The notes under the pieces: model-generated
Databases searched by the model: none
The model's input: the letters and a program-made list of their open reading frames with translations, nothing else
What the model was told of the DNA's origin: nothing
Origin: Corallochytrium limacisporum Hawaii
Lineage: Eukaryota > Protista > Pluriformea
NCBI GenBank assembly: GCA_002811645.1
Contig: PDIP01000069.1
Location: 18,618-82,617 of the forward strand
DNA length: 64,000 nucleotides
Reading direction: 5' to 3'
Shown: piece by piece, positions 1-10,061 of the stretch
Layout of the letters: each line of letters starts with the position of its first letter
Numbering within the stretch: position 1 is the stretch's first letter
Position numbers and translations under genes: made by a program

Positions 1-373
1 CCCACAACTCTGGGGTGGTGGGGGTGGCTGGTAGTACTCAGGGGAGCAGTTGGAAGTGGTGGAGACACGGTGGAGCGACTGGTGACGCGGCTTATGCTCA
101 GACCAGCCGGCTGCGCCCTCGTTTTGGGATTTTGGTATTTGTTTCTGGCTGTTGAAAAATGTCTTTCAGTCCATTCTCATTGTAATGAATGTAACCTAGA
201 ACCAGACATGACGCGATCAAATTGAGAAAGGGTGAAACATAGGGCGAGTATCTGAACCCCCGAGAACTAGCCATGTAGAGCATCTCGATACGTAGCCCAA
301 AGAGAACCGGACAAGAAGAAATTTTATACCCGTTAGTGTAGAGAATAGATCAAGAGAAATACTACGTAGTAGA

Positions 374-1408
374 ATGGCACAGTGGCACAACTACAGCAAA
401 CGCTCGCCAGCCGTGCGACGGATCATGCAGGAAGCTAAGGAGCTCTCCGACCCAACCGGCCTCTACCACGCCCAGCCAACAGAAGATAACATCTTTGAAT
501 GGCACTTTACGATCCGCGGACCTGAGGGGACAGTGTTTGAAGAGGGCATTTACCATGGACGAATCCTGCTACCCACGGACTATCCATACGAACCGCCAGC
601 TATCATTCTACTTACGCCCAATGGACGTTTCGAGACCCACAAGAAGATTTGTCTGTCAGTAACTCAGTATCACCGTGAGAGCTGGCAACCAGCGTGGGGA
701 ATTCGTACAGTTCTGCTCGCATTGATCGCTTTTCTTCCGACGGAAGGCCGGGGGGCAATTGGCAGTCTAGACCTCAGCGAGGATGATCGGAAGACATTGG
801 CTGCCAAGAGCGGTGCGTGGAAGTGCGAAAAGTGTGGCGAGCGAAACGACGCCCTTGTCAATGACCGCGGCGCGGACGATCCGCAAGCTAGTGCCAATGA
901 AAAAGATCAGGAAGCAGTTAAAGCGATGTCGGCAGGATTCCAAGCGGAAGAGGCGGTGAAGGGCAATAGTTCAGCGAAGGAAGATGACAAGGATGGAGGT
1001 GCTGATAGTCCTGGTAGAAAGGAAGAAACGACTGGTTCCGAAGCAGCGACAGCTGCAGGGGTCCAAGGATCAAGCACAGCGCAGACTGTCCAAGCGACAT
1101 CCTCTTCAGAGACAGCAACAACCGTTGAAGGGCCGCCAGGGACTGGTGAGCCACCTGCACCAGCGGCCGAACAGGTCGGGACAACAGAAACTATCACTGC
1201 AGCGACTGACAGTTCCACTGGTCCTTCTTCTACGACCGGGGGTGCAGCCGTAGCCTCCCCTCTGACACCGCAGGAACGCCTCGACGCGGTCCAACCGTAC
1301 ATGGTTGACGAAAGTGGTAAAACTACACTTGACATGGGTGTCGCATGCACTTTGGTCTTGCTGCTGGCGTTGCTTGTTCGGCGCACTATAATTGAAGAGC
1401 TTGAGTAA
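374..1408 (+). CDS. UBE2J1: ER tail-anchored ubiquitin-conjugating enzyme E2 J1 (Ubc6 family)
   Basis: UBC fold with WHFTIRGP..F.EGIYHGRI, TPNGRF and catalytic ICLS. WQPAWGIRT and a CxxC (CEKCG) follow the UBC domain, then a low-complexity linker and a C-terminal TM (VACTLVLLLALLV). Intronless. Confidence 0.93.
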   Translation: MAQWHNYSKRSPAVRRIMQEAKELSDPTGLYHAQPTEDNIFEWHFTIRGPEGTVFEEGIYHGRILLPTDYPYEPPAIILLTPNGRFETHKKICLSVTQYHRESWQPAWGIRTVLLALIAFLPTEGRGAIGSLDLSEDDRKTLAAKSGAWKCEKCGERNDALVNDRGADDPQASANEKDQEAVKAMSAGFQAEEAVKGNSSAKEDDKDGGADSPGRKEETTGSEAATAAGVQGSSTAQTVQATSSSETATTVEGPPGTGEPPAPAAEQVGTTETITAATDSSTGPSSTTGGAAVASPLTPQERLDAVQPYMVDESGKTTLDMGVACTLVLLLALLVRRTIIEELE

Positions 1409-1705
1409 AGGACAAGTCCTGTTGTTGTATAGTCCGATCTCAAGTTCATAATGAATGTATGACGAGTAGAAACTGTAACTTGGTAATCGATGTCTGTTGT
1501 GGCAAGTTTCTCGAGATGTGGCGGGGGGGCAGCCTGATGTTGGAAGAGTATGGAGGGCTGCAGCTACTCTAGACAAACAGAATAAAATTGGAACGTCCCG
1601 AAGAGCAGACAAATTCCAAGCAAACCATTGAATTAGTGAACTCTTTTAAACCATGTGTATTGTTCAGATGTTAGTTCTTAGAACGGAATGCTTTCCGTGT
1701 CCCTA

Positions 1706-4700
1706 TCACTCGGCTCCCAACGACTCCAAGAATTTGTCCATGTCATACTCCTCGCGGTAGGCCTGATGCGATTTCTCCATAGCTATGTCCATGCGAGCCA
1801 TGATTTCCTTTAGTGTCTCTTGTCGGCCGGAATCCTCACCACCACTGCCACCGGTGCCGGACGATGCCGATGCCTGAGCAAGGGCCGCTTCGTCGACGTT
1901 GAAGAGATCGAGCATGTCTTTGGTGTCCATGTCCTGTAGCGAGGCCGTGTCTCCTATGACCCGGTCGCTCATGTACTTCTTGAACTTTTGGAAGCTCATC
2001 ACGCGTTTTTCGATCGAACTGCGAGTGATGAGACGGTAGACGTTCACAGTGCGCTTCTGTCCGATACGATGTGCACGGTCCATGGCCTGAATGTCCACGC
2101 TCGGGTTCCAGCTATGCTCGTAGAAAATGACTGTATCTGCAGCCGTCAGGTTCAGGCCAAGGCCACCAACCTTAGTGGTTAGGAGCAGCAGGTCAATTGT
2201 TGGATCCCTGTTGAAAGTGTCAACAATCGGCTGCCGGTCCTCGGGTTTGACATTGCCGTCGAGGCGTAGGTAGCTCACTGATGGCATGTGGGCCTTGAGC
2301 AGATACTTCTCTACAATATCAATCATCTCCTTATGGTGGAAGAAAATTAGGCCACGGTGGTTGGAGATGACCGTACCCGTGCCACCAGAAGCAAAGTCTT
2401 CGTCCCCATTGTTTGCGGTGGCGCTGTCATCAGTTCCAATTCCACAGTCCAGGAGCAGCTGCTTCAGCGATAGCAGTTTTGGAGCGCACTGCAGTTGGTA
2501 GAGGTCCGCGTGATTAATTCCCTGGGCTTTGAGCAAGTCCTGGTAAGTTGCCCACTGCTTCTCGAGCACCAATAGAGGATGCTGAGTTATGCGCAACATA
2601 TGCCGCAAGGCATTGAAGGCCTCACCCTTTGGTGGTGCCTCCTCTGACATCATCCTCTGCTGTTGTTTCTTGGCGTAGGCTGTGTAGAGGAGGCGTTGCA
2701 CCTCACTCATGTCGCAGTGCACGTCCTGGATGATCTTGGGTGGAAGATCGTTGAGGACATCCTCTTTCATGCGACGAAGCACAAACGGCGCGATCTGCCG
2801 GTGTAGGGCATCCATGGCCTGCTGACCTGCCTCCTGCTCAACCTCGCTAGCTTTGGCATCACGTGCCTGTACAATAATGCGACCATATTGTGATTCGAAT
2901 TGTTGTCGGCTGCCCAAAAAGTTTGGCATCAGATAGTCGAAAAGGGACCACAAATCGAGTACATTATTTTGCACTGGCGTACCCGATAGAATCAAACGAT
3001 TTAGAGCACGTATCTGCTTCACTGCAATCGACGTCTTGGACTTGGAATTGCGAATTATGTGTCCTTCATCCAGGACAGCATAAGTGAACTCAAACTTCTG
3101 CAGCCATTCAATGTCATTGCGTACGATGTCGTAGGTGCTGATGATCACGTCGTGGTCGTATATCGGTTCACGCAAACGCGTCGCGCGGATCGAGGACGGT
3201 CCCACGTACTGATAGGCCTTCAGGTACGGACAGAACTTCTCAATCTCATTTTGCCAGTGTGCAGTGAGAGTGGGAGGGCAAACGACGATGGATAGCGCCT
3301 TGCGACCCGCGTCCGCGTTCTCCTTATGGATAGCAGCCATTATGCAAATAGTCTGCAGGGTCTTGCCCAGACCCATGTCATCACAGAGGATGCCATGTAA
3401 TTTGTACCGGCGCAAGAAATCGAGCCAGTTGACACCTTCCTGCTGATATCGACGTAGCTCCGCATTGATCTGCACAGGTGGAACAAAGTCTGGAATCTTC
3501 GAAGTATCCCTGAGCTGATCAATAAAGGCGTGTTCTGTGCGCTTACGTTCTTTCATGGCTTCAGTCATGCCATCGGGCTCCTCGCCGCTGTCCAAGGGCA
3601 TGAGATTGACCAAATGTGCAAACGTTCGAGTAGCAAGTTTTCGCACTTCGTCAGTGGGATCGCTCATGCGGCCCAGCACCGGCACAAGGAAGAAAACAAT
3701 GAAGGGCACAATACTCAGTCCGATCTTCTCCACCAAGAAGAAGATGGCCTCCATGATGCCCTGGCGACGCTGTACTGAGTTGGGATCGCTTAATCCTGGC
3801 AAGAGATCCTGAACCATCCACTCGACATTGCGTACCAGGTCGATGCGGGACACTTCAGCAGCCACGCGACCGGACATATGCCGCACAGACATGAGACGGT
3901 GCTCGATACCCTGGCGCAGAAAACGCTTCAGATTCAACACTTCTGAATGCAGTTCCTGAGGCAGGTATGGAATAAGAATCTCCAGAATCTGCATACCGTC
4001 GATTAGCGGCTGGGCCTCTTCCAGGAGCAGGTCACCCGATGGCTCCCACAGCGACCCTAAACCCGCACGCATCATGAGACTCTCCAGTGCAATGTTCCGG
4101 AGATCCGGCAGTTCTGCCCAAAGTTTGTCCATAAAATGACTAGGCAGCGCAGTCAGGCACAGTTCAGAACCCCGTCGCTGTAGCATAGTGTTCCGCTGGC
4201 TTTCCGCTGTCTTTTGCTGCTTCTCCAGGCTCTCTTCTTGCTGTGTATCGACCTCCATAACTTCACCAAGTTCGCCATCAACTCCGGCGTTCCCGCGACG
4301 TTTTCGATCGCGCTTCTTGGATGCCAATGCAGCAGCCTCCTGAGCGGTGGCAACGTCAATGAGCCGCTGGACGCGGATGCCATTTTCAATGTCTTGCGGT
4401 TGTGTCGTGGCCTGTTTCTGTTGCTGCCCGGGCATGACCACAGACTTGTCTGCGACAAGCGGTGTTTGCGAGCGATCACCACAGGCATCCTGGGCCAGGA
4501 AGGAGATGAGCTTACCATTGGGGCACCGCTGGCGTGGCACCAGAGGCTTCATCAAATGCGCCATAGCATCGCCGAAGCGGGCCTGCAAAATGAAATTCTC
4601 ATCGTGTCGCACAGCACGCTTCAGGGACTTGATCAGTGGAGTAATCTTTTCGGGAAGATGGGCACTGTACACAATACAGGTAACCAGCAGGGCGCTTTGC

Positions 4701-7462
4701 GTGTGCAACATGCGATCGCTTTCCGAAGAGATAAATCCAATGATGGATAGCAGAGTCAATCGGCTGCGCGTTATTTCAGCCCGAGCAGCCCGCATGCCGT
4801 TTGCAGGCAACATTTCCATCCAAGTGTCGTGGACTGTAGTAGCCAAAGCTGTGGCGTCTTCCACAGAGAACGTCTGCGGGTTTCCATATCGCTGAAGGGC
4901 CGTATCACTGAGACCAGCCTTGCGGAAATTGACCATGAGTAGTTGGCAATCGTTGCGCATCTTGCGGATCAGATTGCCAAACTCTGGTGTCGTGTTAACA
5001 TGGTCTTGCACGCTTCCGCTGCTTTCGATCTCAGTGATGCGTGAGAGAATAAAGCTGTGCATATTAGCTGGGAAGTTGTCCGGGCTGATGGTTTTGGCAG
5101 CGTAGAAGCTCTTAGCGACCTCACTCAGGAAGATAGCTGCCACTTCCTGGCTAACCGCACTCGGCGACTGCAGAAGGTCATATACTATAGTTTCCGTCAG
5201 GTCATAACCCGAGCTTGGCCATCCCGTCATCATGTGCGCCAGTGCTGCAGACACTGAGGTCACACGCAATGCCCGCTCTTGCATGTTCAAAGGCATCTGG
5301 AAAGATATTGTCTGGGACGAAAATTTGCGGTTGTCGCCAGAATTCTCTGTATCTTTCTTACGGCGCTTCTTGGGCTTTTGGTCATCGTCGCTCTCATCTT
5401 CCTTCTTGACGTCACTATCCTTGGTTCGAACTACCGGATCTGCATGCCGCTGCTCACGCAGAATATCAAGCTTAGTGTTGTCATACGTACCTCCCGGGGG
5501 TGTGCTCAAAAGCAGCAGCCAGCGCCTGATGTTTTGCCGGACTCCATTCTGCAGACAATCAATATCGCAAATTATCTTAATATTGCGCCATACCTGCTCC
5601 GCTTCATTGTAAATCTCGTCGTCGGCTTCAAGTAGCAGGCACTGGAAGACATGATTAAGCAGATCTACCACATGATCATTGTACCACGCAGTGAATAAAG
5701 AAGAATCCACTCCTTCGGAGATACCAGGCTTGACATCTTCGTTGCCGTCTTCCGACTTCAAACCAGCATTTTCTAGGTTGAGGTTGACGATACGGCTGAG
5801 TGTCTTGATGGCCGCCTTTCGTACCTCTGATGAAGAATGACGCAGAAATGGGTAAATGCGCGGTAGTAGTGAGCTCAAATTATTGTCAGTTTTGTGTTCT
5901 TTGGTCTGGTAGTATTTGACAATGAATTCAGCCAGGACACGCATTGAGGCTGCTGTGCTCACGGTCAGTTCGTCAAGATTGTCCAGCGTATCCCAAAGTG
6001 TGGCCACAACCCGCTCTGTGGTATAACTGTCGTCAATAATGCCATCGACTAAGTACCGCATTGCGTCCGCCACAACAGTCCGTACATCGTCATCGTCGTC
6101 CAGTAGCCGCCTCTCCAGAGTAGCCATAGAAATCTCAATCATCTTTGTGCGCAGCTCTGTCTTAGCACCTTTGGCATCCTCTTCCTTCTCGGCAAGCTGC
6201 GCCTTTACGGCAAAGACGTACTTCAATCCCAGAGCGCCCCCGTGGCGGGCATCCCAGTCTTCCCGTGAAAGGAGAGTTGTCAAGTGGCGCACTACCAAGA
6301 GGATGAGGTCATCATCCAAATATTTGGATATTACTCCGAGGAGCTGACCTGCAGTCTCACGAACAGGTGCTACGGCCAAGTCACTAACATAGTCTCCAAA
6401 CTGATCTAGTGCCAGCACACATACCACTCGCATGCAGACATCCTCTAACCAAATTTGTGTCGCGCGTTGCAGCCACTTTTTTGGAATATCGGCCATTTGA
6501 CCTGCGGTAACACCATGCTTTCGCACAATGCTTCGCAGAGATGCGGCACAACTGTGACGAATTTCCCAATTTTTGTGGAACAGTTGGTGGCATAGCAGCT
6601 CTGTGAATCCCATAAATGGCCAGTCATCAACGTCGCTGAAGACAATAGTGCTGTCAGATCCGTCCTCGTACTTTACAGTCGCTGCTCCGCCCACAGCACC
6701 AGAGCCGTCGTCCTTACCTGAATCCTTGCTAATGGCACCAAAGGCGCTTTCCAGTTCACTGCGAACTTTCTTCTTTTTCTGTGCCCGCCGGGCCATGTGC
6801 CGCTGGCGGATGCTCATGCGATCTTCAGTGTCCTTAGTCATGGCGCTCTCGAGGTCCTCCAAGTTCTTTCCACCTTTCTTAAATGCGGTACCCGCCGTCT
6901 CCTGCGCCATTTTGATATCCTCCTCGGTGGCAATGCTGTCAATGTTAACAAACCGTGACAGATGTTTCATTTCCTTGTCTTCAGACTTTAGACCCAGCCG
7001 CTCGAGCAGAATCTCTCGCTGCTGCTTCATGCGCTCTTCGTCTTTAAGTTCACCCGATACCACCTCATAGGCCACGCCACCAGATGCCAAGAGCGGCTTG
7101 GCATTGGCTAGTATGGCCTCCAGATCAATGTCTGTTGCACTCAGTTTCCCAGCTGATAGGAGAGCCAAGACATCCGCATCAGACTCTATTGCCGTCCCAG
7201 AATCGCTCTCCTGCTTAACATCGCTTCCACTGGTGGTCCATACCGGTACGGCCTTGGCAATAGCATCAACCGCCTGAATGGCTGCGGCTCTAGTCTCCTG
7301 TTTGGGTGATCCGAGATATCCCTGTACCCGGAGCAGCAGGTTCTGTGCATCGTAGGGAGATTGGCGCGCAATCTCACCGATTTGATCCGCTGCTGCCTTT
7401 CGTGTGCTAGCATTAGACCCGCTGTCTAAGAGGCCTAGTAATTTGTCTAAACGTGTGCTCAT
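1706..7462 (-). CDS. BTAF1: TBP-associated SNF2 ATPase BTAF1/Mot1
   Basis: N-terminus RLDKLLGLLDSGS..TRKAAADQIGEI, HEAT region (WEIRH, LDQFGDYVSD..VAPVRET), SNF2 motifs CDDMGLGKT, DEGH, SGTPVQN, GGLGLNLT, QAMDRAHRIGQ. 1918 aa single ORF. Confidence 0.97.
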   Translation of the reverse strand: MSTRLDKLLGLLDSGSNASTRKAAADQIGEIARQSPYDAQNLLLRVQGYLGSPKQETRAAAIQAVDAIAKAVPVWTTSGSDVKQESDSGTAIESDADVLALLSAGKLSATDIDLEAILANAKPLLASGGVAYEVVSGELKDEERMKQQREILLERLGLKSEDKEMKHLSRFVNIDSIATEEDIKMAQETAGTAFKKGGKNLEDLESAMTKDTEDRMSIRQRHMARRAQKKKKVRSELESAFGAISKDSGKDDGSGAVGGAATVKYEDGSDSTIVFSDVDDWPFMGFTELLCHQLFHKNWEIRHSCAASLRSIVRKHGVTAGQMADIPKKWLQRATQIWLEDVCMRVVCVLALDQFGDYVSDLAVAPVRETAGQLLGVISKYLDDDLILLVVRHLTTLLSREDWDARHGGALGLKYVFAVKAQLAEKEEDAKGAKTELRTKMIEISMATLERRLLDDDDDVRTVVADAMRYLVDGIIDDSYTTERVVATLWDTLDNLDELTVSTAASMRVLAEFIVKYYQTKEHKTDNNLSSLLPRIYPFLRHSSSEVRKAAIKTLSRIVNLNLENAGLKSEDGNEDVKPGISEGVDSSLFTAWYNDHVVDLLNHVFQCLLLEADDEIYNEAEQVWRNIKIICDIDCLQNGVRQNIRRWLLLLSTPPGGTYDNTKLDILREQRHADPVVRTKDSDVKKEDESDDDQKPKKRRKKDTENSGDNRKFSSQTISFQMPLNMQERALRVTSVSAALAHMMTGWPSSGYDLTETIVYDLLQSPSAVSQEVAAIFLSEVAKSFYAAKTISPDNFPANMHSFILSRITEIESSGSVQDHVNTTPEFGNLIRKMRNDCQLLMVNFRKAGLSDTALQRYGNPQTFSVEDATALATTVHDTWMEMLPANGMRAARAEITRSRLTLLSIIGFISSESDRMLHTQSALLVTCIVYSAHLPEKITPLIKSLKRAVRHDENFILQARFGDAMAHLMKPLVPRQRCPNGKLISFLAQDACGDRSQTPLVADKSVVMPGQQQKQATTQPQDIENGIRVQRLIDVATAQEAAALASKKRDRKRRGNAGVDGELGEVMEVDTQQEESLEKQQKTAESQRNTMLQRRGSELCLTALPSHFMDKLWAELPDLRNIALESLMMRAGLGSLWEPSGDLLLEEAQPLIDGMQILEILIPYLPQELHSEVLNLKRFLRQGIEHRLMSVRHMSGRVAAEVSRIDLVRNVEWMVQDLLPGLSDPNSVQRRQGIMEAIFFLVEKIGLSIVPFIVFFLVPVLGRMSDPTDEVRKLATRTFAHLVNLMPLDSGEEPDGMTEAMKERKRTEHAFIDQLRDTSKIPDFVPPVQINAELRRYQQEGVNWLDFLRRYKLHGILCDDMGLGKTLQTICIMAAIHKENADAGRKALSIVVCPPTLTAHWQNEIEKFCPYLKAYQYVGPSSIRATRLREPIYDHDVIISTYDIVRNDIEWLQKFEFTYAVLDEGHIIRNSKSKTSIAVKQIRALNRLILSGTPVQNNVLDLWSLFDYLMPNFLGSRQQFESQYGRIIVQARDAKASEVEQEAGQQAMDALHRQIAPFVLRRMKEDVLNDLPPKIIQDVHCDMSEVQRLLYTAYAKKQQQRMMSEEAPPKGEAFNALRHMLRITQHPLLVLEKQWATYQDLLKAQGINHADLYQLQCAPKLLSLKQLLLDCGIGTDDSATANNGDEDFASGGTGTVISNHRGLIFFHHKEMIDIVEKYLLKAHMPSVSYLRLDGNVKPEDRQPIVDTFNRDPTIDLLLLTTKVGGLGLNLTAADTVIFYEHSWNPSVDIQAMDRAHRIGQKRTVNVYRLITRSSIEKRVMSFQKFKKYMSDRVIGDTASLQDMDTKDMLDLFNVDEAALAQASASSGTGGSGGEDSGRQETLKEIMARMDIAMEKSHQAYREEYDMDKFLESLGAE

Positions 7463-8107
7463 AGTTCCACGTCTGTCTTATCTCTTTCTTCACGCGACTA
7501 CTTTCCATGCCATGGTGGTCTCCTTACTATTTCAGTGTCATGGATAATTTTAAAATAACTCTAGTGATACTCACAAAGCCTTAGGGCCTCGATCGTTTGT
7601 GCCGACATTAACACGTCGTAGCGGGTTTTCTTTATATTGTTCTTTTCCAAGGATATTTGTCTTTGACATAGGTGCGCATTGTTCGTGAAACAAACCCCAA
7701 TGCCATAGACACACTAAACTCCTGCGATACCCCAAAACCCGGCTAAGTGAGACAGTGCCAGTCTGCAGTGCTTTATGAGTGGGAACGAAGCAATGCGCTC
7801 CGTCGCTCCTTCCCCCCTCCCTCCTTTCCTCGGTCCGTGCGCGGGTGGGCCCCGAACTTTAAGGCCGGTAGAAAAAAATCAGCGGCCGATAGAACAACAC
7901 AAAGGCAAAATTCGGTGATAAGGGACTTTGACAAGGTGGAGACGCGACGTTGCCTCGCGTGGGCATTTAATTTGGTAACTGTGGGAGTATGGAATTGAGG
8001 ATCGGACCAGATCTGCAGGAGGGGAGGAGGTCCCAAGAATCGTTTTTATTGTTTCCAGAGCATGGGATTGGCTGTGCTTGGACTATTACGGGCGGGTCAT
8101 CAGTGCC

Positions 8108-9262
8108 CTATACAATGAACGAATGCTCGTCACTATTGCTTAGCATAATGGTAATGATGCCAAGCGGGAGCAGCACGGTGGTGAGTATGTTCATGACAAT
8201 ATTTACCAAGTCGTTTGTGAGGAAGTCCAGACCGGTGCTGTACTTGATGGGTTCGTGTTTGGATGGATCCCGGCGAAGTTGCTCCGCAGTGATGACCCGC
8301 CCGCGGATATCTATGATGGAGCGCTGAAAGATGGCACCAAGGACACTGTCTAACACTGAACCCATCAGACCGGCCAGGCTTGCAAAAATCAAAATAAACG
8401 AAAAATAATAGACCTGATTGTGAAAGAAGGAGTCCTTGGCGGGCACGGTACTGATCAAGTTGTATCCGTCGCGCTGTGGAGGATGGCTGTGGATGTACAC
8501 CCAGTCGTGTTCACCGAATGCACTGGTCACAAGAGAAGTGATTGCGAATACCAGACCTATTGCAAATCCACCCCCGACAGAAGCCATGAGACCCTCAACC
8601 GACACAGCTCCGTTCACACCGCGGGGCACGTGCTCCAAGAACAATACATGCCACGGGTTCTTGCCCAGGGCAGAACCGATTTCGGACGCCCACGTATCTG
8701 CACATGCCGCAGACAGTGAGGCCAAGATACCTCCAAGGATTTGCCATGCGCTCACAGCCTGGGACGTCTTTGTCTGATACACTGAGGGGAACGGCATGAC
8801 ATCCACCGTCCCAAAGTGAACCAGGCCGAGGAAGCTGAGCAGGGCAGCGGGGCCTCCATTGCACCAGACTTGCAGAGCGTTACGTCCACCTTCGCTACCA
8901 CTCGCCCGTTCTTCTTCAAACTGTGCCTTAATATCACTCTTCCACCGGGTCAGTCGACTACTGGAAAGGAAGAAGAACAGCAGTGCCAGGCTCCCAGAGT
9001 AACTGAAGGCACAGATCGGGAGCCCCACGCTGACCGCTGCAAGCAACCCGGTATTGTCTAGTGACTTACGCTTGATTGACCTTGTGATCATGAGCGTTAG
9101 CACTGCTGCTGTGTATAACAGGCGGTACCCAGAACCTGACGCCGCCCAGAACCGCGCTGTCCGTGATCGATCTAAAAACAGCACGAAGATTGTCATCCCC
9201 AAAAGGACAACAGAGGCTAATGTAGCACTTTTTTGTAGCAGCCCACTGTCTATTGAACTCAT
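8108..9262 (-). CDS. TMEM19: DUF92 family transmembrane protein TMEM19
   Basis: FFFLSSSRLT, GGRNALQVWCNGG, ADTWASEIG, VPRGVNGAVSVEG, GSVLDSVLGAIFQ, LTNDLVN motifs. Confidence 0.93.
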   Translation of the reverse strand: MSSIDSGLLQKSATLASVVLLGMTIFVLFLDRSRTARFWAASGSGYRLLYTAAVLTLMITRSIKRKSLDNTGLLAAVSVGLPICAFSYSGSLALLFFFLSSSRLTRWKSDIKAQFEEERASGSEGGRNALQVWCNGGPAALLSFLGLVHFGTVDVMPFPSVYQTKTSQAVSAWQILGGILASLSAACADTWASEIGSALGKNPWHVLFLEHVPRGVNGAVSVEGLMASVGGGFAIGLVFAITSLVTSAFGEHDWVYIHSHPPQRDGYNLISTVPAKDSFFHNQVYYFSFILIFASLAGLMGSVLDSVLGAIFQRSIIDIRGRVITAEQLRRDPSKHEPIKYSTGLDFLTNDLVNIVMNILTTVLLPLGIITIMLSNSDEHSFIV

Positions 9263-10061
9263 GTTTTGTAGGGTGTTCTACACTTGACTAAAAACGCACA
9301 TCACACAAAGCTTTTAAGCATTCGCTAGCATGCTAATTCTCTTGCAAACACCCGGTGCCACCATGCTTAGTTCTTGAAATAGCCCGTGCGGTTCTCCTCA
9401 AGTCCCTACGTGGTATTGATTCGTAGGCCACAATCTACGAATCGGATCCATCAAATTACGGTGAATCCGGGGAGGGGGCAGCGTTGCAAAGCTTAGGCTC
9501 TTCGCAATATGCTCTGCTGATCGATCGATTCACACATTATTTCGCACTTCGAAACCCCCCTCAATTCCGCTGGTTCACTCATTACTACTTTAATGGACTT
9601 CAAAGTTCCCATTCAACACATTTGCTACCGCAACACAAGGTTCCCGGGACCCGCCCTTCTCGACAGAGCCTTACTGGGGAGAGGGGTCCTGTGCGCGTTC
9701 GGATGTCGAGCTGATGGATGGGGGAAGGGTTGATCATCGGCAGCTATTAGTGACTGAGAGTTCACGCGAACAGAAGGATCATGCCAGCCGAACTACTTGT
9801 GCACGTACGAGCATCTTCATCGAGAAATAGCAGGTCTTAGAAATAGTTCGAAGGAATGCAAAAGCAACAAACAAGCAACCGTACTGCAAACGATAGGAAA
9901 GATAGCAGCCTTTCGGGACATTCTCGCAGACAACCCTTAAAACAACGAGATTTTGTTGGCGTCACGTAAGAGGTACTCTTCGATACTTGAATGGTGATTT
10001 GACCGCTTGTTATCTATTAGTGAGACTTATGCTATGTACATTATCTGCAATGATTGGTGAT